Shown here piece by piece: positions 59,901 to 64,000 of a DNA stretch of 64,000 nucleotides. The notes under the pieces were generated by a model, which did no database searches, had not been told where the DNA came from, and worked only from the letters and a program-made list of their open reading frames with translations. Both the position numbers and the translations under genes were made by a program. This DNA is from Candidatus Poribacteria bacterium (GTDB taxonomy: Bacteria > Poribacteria > WGA-4E > WGA-3G), in contig OZ251518.1 of NCBI GenBank assembly GCA_965242965.1, positions 2,624,001 through 2,688,000 on the forward strand, written 5' to 3'. The first letter of the stretch is position 1. Every line of letters starts with the position of its first letter.

Positions 59901-60318
59901 TGATGCTTCTATCTGTCACGCGCACCGGTTCGGTAAATGCCATATCGATCGTGATGATATCGCCGGCTTTATAGAGACCCAAGGTCTGCCGTTCGCGCCG
60001 ATAGCCGGTCGTCACCTCAAAATCATTGGAACCGAGCAGATACGCCAATTCAACGGGATTTTCGAGGGCATAGCAACTCACCAGGTCTAGATAAGTTGCT
60101 CCGCTGTCGCGCCAGGGGACAAAACAATTCTGGTAACTCCACGCATAGAGCGACTCCGCAGTTTGGGATGCGGGTGGCTTACTCGTCACGCGGAACGCGT
60201 CAGCGGTAACTCTAAGTGGTGTCTGCGCGTTCGCCGGGATTCCGAGCATGGCCACGGTGCTGCAAAGCAGCCATAAAATGAAAACGGGGGATAAGGAAAA
60301 AAGAGATTTCCTTTGCAT
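56983..60318 (-). CDS. Large secreted protein with Ig-like and two lamin-tail (LTD) domains
   Basis: Signal peptide; VVFNEL..DWLELRN; LSEIMF..QWIELYN; GTPG; LPVELSSF..WTTESEVDNAGFNL; AGGAGG RBS. Confidence 0.8.
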   Translation of the reverse strand: MQRKSLFSLSPVFILWLLCSTVAMLGIPANAQTPLRVTADAFRVTSKPPASQTAESLYAWSYQNCFVPWRDSGATYLDLVSCYALENPVELAYLLGSNDFEVTTGYRRERQTLGLYKAGDIITIDMAFTEPVRVTDRSIKLEFDWDGALFYAPLADNKEGTDEDKTPTVLTFAYEVQPGDRNFGGGTLIRFPFDTDRSVITSVSSGEDFTYAHSGYFLHYRAGWEQSVDAVRPAVLIDRWAEDTGIATEAFDVVFSFLNITPWTYNRGKANEVTQTENFPDEVPGFSSGDITITDAAGNSLQSLLGEVEFIGLVHVKSGDYLRFAIPTAAAYRVTVTPDASFNGGEVQIRLLEGATSDIAGNPNFESNTLTVTVADLRPPVVIEPPAFVPNPPNEIYNVGDEIEVTVTFDEEGVHYEGDNPPYVVLYLGERSVANARHATWQPGSERSGSTTVTFAYPIQAGDVATSVQLDSSGVAVPRGTSVRDGDGNEIAGTAPPPVAPTEQVQALPRQEETEAPFPDAKESSPPAVDTLIQVYPIFEVEEPKAAASDVPRSPVVFNELGNGSGDADDWLELRNVTGSAVSLKDWELSVVQDGKKEDTSLIVFPDASVPANGLLLIVNSAPDKTPLAAGDDIATSDVEKKGSPHLYLVNSGLSLPDDGKFLLILRNATEKLGLNEAFVDVAGGGGSDTDAFVREQTGDYDTHVWPLQVLQAPGGDTEDALGSGKVWQRAKADIVGYHKDAWAESAFTGIGYDRKVSESPATSGTPGYPNGAVKTEAATPKGSVTLSEIMFDSAGGTLPQWIELYNNSKTDAINLSRWKLEIQNVDSEDLVGRPIVTLTLGEKVIQPNQTLLIVAGPARASSDSYLPADRVYDLLALHDKNLRIKRARDTFLSTEGFYLQLSDRNGNLVDEVGNRDSDRRSDDAPAWALPLSFEEGSRSSVIRRYDKGVALPGRKRASWVLAARIKPFDESLHYGHADDIGTPGHREGGALPVELSSFAMTRTEAGAVVLTWTTESEVDNAGFNLRRSEKRASGFTLLNPALIAGAGTTGERQTYTFTDTSAKPGIEYYYQIEEVAFDGKRETLVTRLLPGPVSASNRMLTTFGEVKRQK

Positions 60319-60940
60319 TTCATGTTCCTCCTAAAAAAGAAGAGATTGGTTAATTTGGGGTGCCGTCACCTTTCGCGGTGGAAACCCACCCCAAAATTGA
60401 TAATTAAGTTCACCTAACAGAGTGGTGAGTCAACAGGCGTTGCGTTTTCGGAGAAAACAAGATAACCGCGGGCGAGCACCCACGGTTATCCTGCCCCTTA
60501 ATACCCCTAGTGGAGAGTGAATTTTCCCCGGAACAACGCTGGTAACTGTTGCATCGGGGGATGCAACGTAAAAAGCCCCATGGCAATAGCGAGCTCGCGA
60601 AGGCGAGCGCGTGCCACGAGGCAAAAGAAAATAGGCGCGTGCAAAGCACGCGGATTTTGGGTTGGGATTCAGATGAGATATCCCCCGAATCGCCTTCCTG
60701 CCGATAACGTCACGGGTTAACGGACATATAGGACGGGGGGGGGTAAATCGAATTATATTCGGTGCGGTGTCATCAACAGGACGCGCAAACGGAGACACGG
60801 CGCGCAGCCGGCGCGGCTGGCGCATCGGATGCAGACACTTCGGCGTATCCGCGGAAATGCAAGCGATTTGGAATGTCATGTCTTGCGCTCCTTTTCGTCA
60901 ATGAGGGTTAATATCGCACCAAATTTGTGTTAATGAATAT

Positions 60941-60969
60941 ATTATACCACATTTTCGCGCGTTTGTCAA
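60941..60969 (-). promoter_or_regulatory. Consensus sigma70 promoter ~620 bp upstream of the LTD gene
   Basis: Minus strand TTGACA-17 bp-TATAAT with extended -10 TG. Confidence 0.75.
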
Positions 60970-61039
60970 ATTAAAATATGATTTTAACAGATTTGCGCGT
61001 TTTTTGCCAAGATTTTTCTGAAAAAAACTTGATTTTACC

Positions 61040-61225
61040 GTAGCGCGAGGGCCTGTCCCTCGCGTTTTCTCGATTACCGGCGCGTTTTCCCGCTCACCGC
61101 AGCGCGAGGGCCTGTCCCTCGCGAACGTTCATCGTAACACAGGCACGGCGGGGGACAGGCCCCCGCCCTACGGTGAAGACGAGCCTGTTCCGCTCACCGT
61201 AGCGCGAGGGCCTGTCCCTCGCGAA
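61040..61225. repeat. Cluster of 4 family-A REP hairpins after recG
   Basis: GTAGCGCGAGGGCCTGTCCCTCGCG units. Confidence 0.85.
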
Positions 61226-61230
61226 CGTCC

Positions 61231-63909
61231 TCACCCAATCGATGCCAAGGCGATAACACTTCGCATCGCCGTTTGCAAAAGATGTCTCAGCAATTGATGC
61301 TCTGGCGCGTGCAGTTTCGCGTCCGCCTTTACCACGCGCGCCGCTTCCTGTTTCGCTGCTTCCAACAGCGAGGCATCCTTGAGGATATTCGCTATCTTAA
61401 AGTTCGGGATACCGGCTTGCTTTGTCCCAAAGAATTCCCCGGGACCCCGGATGTTCAAATCCTCCTCCGCAATTTCAAAGCCGTTGTTCGTTCGCACCAT
61501 CACTTGCACACGACGGTAAGCATCATTTGTCCTCGGCGTGGCGACAAGATAACACGCTGATGCATCACGCCCGCGTCCGACGCGGCCACGCAATTGATGC
61601 AACTGCGCCAAACCGAATCGTTCCGCGTGTTCAATCGCCATTAACGTCGCATTCGGCACGTCGATGCCGACTTCTATCACCGTCGTTGCGACGAGGATAT
61701 CGATCTGGCGTTCTTTGAACTGTGCCATCGTTTCTTGTTTTTCCGCCGCCTTCATTTGCCCGTGTATCAAGCCGACGCGCAGGTGCGGAAACACATCGTT
61801 TTGAAAGTGTTCCGCCATACTTGTCGCCGCTTTCAACTCTTCCAGCTTCTCAGATTCCTCGACGAGGGGATAGACAATGTATGCCTGCTTGCCCTTGCGG
61901 ACTTCCCTCTCCAATTTCGCGTATAACCGCTCACGTTCATTCTCTTTCACCCATGTCGTCTCAATCTTCTGTCTGCCGGGTGGCAATTCGTCAATCACGG
62001 AAACGTTTAAGTCACCGTAAATCGTGAGGGAGAGTGTCCTCGGAATTGGTGTCGCTGTCATGACAAGGACATCGGGTGTTTGGCCTTTATGACGCAGCGT
62101 TGCACGCTGCATCACGCCGAACCGATGCTGTTCGTCAATAATGGCGAGCCCCAGTTTATGAAAATCAACCCCTTCCTGTATCAACGCCTGCGTGCCGATG
62201 ATGAGGTGTGCTGTGCCATCGGTGATAGCAGCGAGTACGGACTCACGCGCCGATGCACGCAAATCGCTTTTGAGAAGCACCACATTGAGGCCGAGGGGTG
62301 TCAACAAAGATGACAGGGTATTGTAATGTTGTTCTGCGAGGATTTCTGTCGGCACCATCAGCGCGCCCTGATACCCGTTCTGAATCGCGCCGAGCAATGC
62401 CATCGCCGCCACGACTGTCTTCCCCGAACCGACATCGCCTTGGAGAAGCCGGTTCATCACCTTCGGAGAACGCATATCGGTTGCAATCTCGTTGAATACA
62501 CGTTGTTGCGCCCTAGTCAATTCAAACGGCAGTGCATCCACGAATTGCCGGAGAAGCGAGGGACAAGGCATATCCCCGCTCGCGGGGTTATGTCCAGGGG
62601 CATTAACCCGATGTTCCATCTCCAGCCGAAACGGGATGCCTTGCTGTGAAGTCTTCTGGTCCTTTTTCAATTCCATGCCGAGGCTCAGCAAGAAAAATTC
62701 GTCAAACGCCAGCCGTTTCTGCGCCGCGAGCCGATGCGCCTCCGAAGTCGGAAAATGAATCTCGTGGACAGCTGTCTGTCTATCGATGAGTTCCTGTCGT
62801 TTTCGGACGGCCCACGGTAAGATTTCGGGAATCTTGTCGCCGTACGCATCAAGCGCGGTGCGCATCCATGTCCGCACCATTTTCGCCGTCAGTTTCGCCG
62901 TGAGCGCGTATTTCGGCACGATACGTTTCGTGTGAATCAGCGTTTCGTTATCAGCTTCAAACACCTCAAACTCATAATCGGTCGCTTGAATTTCGTTGTA
63001 ACGACGCGAGAACTTACCACTGACGACCACTTCCGTCTCAATCGGCAGAATGGATTTGATGTAACCGATGCGCCGCCCGAAATTCACCAAGACAGCGACA
63101 CCGGTGCCGTCGTAGATAGAGACTTTCCCGACGCGCGTCTTCCCTTTCGCCGCCGGCGAACTCGCAGTGTGGTTGACAACCTTCCCCTGAATCGTCTCCG
63201 GCTCACCATCCATCGCGCGCCCGACATTGTAAATGTCTACTGTTTTGGATCTGTCAATGTAATCGCGTGGGTAGTGCTCAAGCAAGTCTTGGACTGAGTG
63301 AATCTCCAATTCTTCTTGCAACAGTCTCGCGCGCCGAGGCCCGATGCCTTTCAGATACTGCAGCGAATTCCTGAATACCGAAAGTTCATCGACATCCGTT
63401 GAAACGGCGACATCGGAAATCGGAACGGAATCCGACTGTTTTTCTGTCTCGTAGGGAGAGGAACTCTCCCTCACCTCGCCGAGATTTTCCTCGTGCGCAT
63501 AGGACGAGGGGTTGTTCTCCGCTGAGCTCTGGTGTGGTTTCCTACTCGCTGCCCGAAACAGCGGCAAATTCTCCGCGGTTGCGGTATTCGGCTTCTTCGC
63601 GGATACCGGCGGCGTGCTCTCCTGAACGCGACTCGCTAGTGACAGTGCCGTGTCAATCTCCCGCGTTGCAGCCTGAATCGCGGCATGCCGTTCATCAGGA
63701 GATAAGCGCGCGTAGTCCTCAAAAAGGGTATCCAGACGACGCAACACCGCTTTTTCGTCAGGTGTGAGAGGCAAGTCATCGCCTTTTTTTATCCAGAGAC
63801 GCACATAGTCGCCCAAACCGTTGATAACGACATCGTCACGGCAACCCTTTCGGGTTTCCTGTTGAAACGGCCGGCGGAGCGTGGTAAGAATTGTGTTGAA
63901 ATTGTGCAT
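61231..63909 (-). CDS. recG: ATP-dependent DNA helicase RecG with N-terminal extension
   Basis: LKGIGPRRA; RLLQGDVGSGKT; IIDEQHRFG; MTATPIPRTL; RFGLAQLHQLRGRVGRG; start at ATG 63909 inferred. Confidence 0.96.
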   Translation of the reverse strand: MHNFNTILTTLRRPFQQETRKGCRDDVVINGLGDYVRLWIKKGDDLPLTPDEKAVLRRLDTLFEDYARLSPDERHAAIQAATREIDTALSLASRVQESTPPVSAKKPNTATAENLPLFRAASRKPHQSSAENNPSSYAHEENLGEVRESSSPYETEKQSDSVPISDVAVSTDVDELSVFRNSLQYLKGIGPRRARLLQEELEIHSVQDLLEHYPRDYIDRSKTVDIYNVGRAMDGEPETIQGKVVNHTASSPAAKGKTRVGKVSIYDGTGVAVLVNFGRRIGYIKSILPIETEVVVSGKFSRRYNEIQATDYEFEVFEADNETLIHTKRIVPKYALTAKLTAKMVRTWMRTALDAYGDKIPEILPWAVRKRQELIDRQTAVHEIHFPTSEAHRLAAQKRLAFDEFFLLSLGMELKKDQKTSQQGIPFRLEMEHRVNAPGHNPASGDMPCPSLLRQFVDALPFELTRAQQRVFNEIATDMRSPKVMNRLLQGDVGSGKTVVAAMALLGAIQNGYQGALMVPTEILAEQHYNTLSSLLTPLGLNVVLLKSDLRASARESVLAAITDGTAHLIIGTQALIQEGVDFHKLGLAIIDEQHRFGVMQRATLRHKGQTPDVLVMTATPIPRTLSLTIYGDLNVSVIDELPPGRQKIETTWVKENERERLYAKLEREVRKGKQAYIVYPLVEESEKLEELKAATSMAEHFQNDVFPHLRVGLIHGQMKAAEKQETMAQFKERQIDILVATTVIEVGIDVPNATLMAIEHAERFGLAQLHQLRGRVGRGRDASACYLVATPRTNDAYRRVQVMVRTNNGFEIAEEDLNIRGPGEFFGTKQAGIPNFKIANILKDASLLEAAKQEAARVVKADAKLHAPEHQLLRHLLQTAMRSVIALASIG

Positions 63910-64000
63910 ATTTTCGCAAACCTGAAGATATGGGCAGGGAAACCAAACGGTGCTGCTATTCAAAAAGCAGTGCCACCGGACAAGAAAAGCCTTCAACGAC

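Noticed and set aside
60430-60879. 149-aa minus-strand ORF in the long leader
   Set aside because: No recognisable motif and Arg/Pro/Cys-rich composition typical of GC-rich non-coding frames; a short leader peptide cannot be fully excluded

Overview
A bacterial chromosomal segment, most likely from Candidatus Poribacteria. This is an inference from the 'NYPNPFNPETWIPY...AAYWDG...VASGVYFY' C-terminal domain, a lamin-tail protein ending in a 'TTFGEVK' motif, a PhyH-family gene and repeat-packed intergenic regions. Bases 1.3-20.4 kb (minus strand) hold the str-S10-spc-alpha ribosomal superoperon from rpsL to rplQ, with no rpmD, adk, map or infA. The rest contains nagA, dut-thyA-X-folA, a gluconolactonase, tRNA-Arg(CCG), an orphan Mod-like DNA methyltransferase, two tandem coiled-coil paralogues, a PIN toxin-antitoxin pair, an ABC/DUF1854/enolase/PhyH run, a GT3-like glycosyltransferase, rhaI, comF, smc, a cluster of secreted proteins and recG. 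Four observations stand out. (1) A cohesin + sorting-domain gene lies directly upstream of a dockerin protein carrying three near-identical FGE-sulfatase (C-type-lectin-fold) domains that differ mainly in their C-terminal binding segment, in a DGR-like codon pattern; no reverse transcriptase or template repeat is visible. (2) S12 and S5 carry substitutions at classical streptomycin and spectinomycin hot spots. (3) A diverse family of GTAG-led REP hairpins shows covariation, flanking host-sequence duplications, stop-codon overlap and a TIR-bounded composite element. (4) Long structured leaders precede rpsL and the lamin-tail gene. All calls are from reading the sequence and recognising motifs; no database searches were run.
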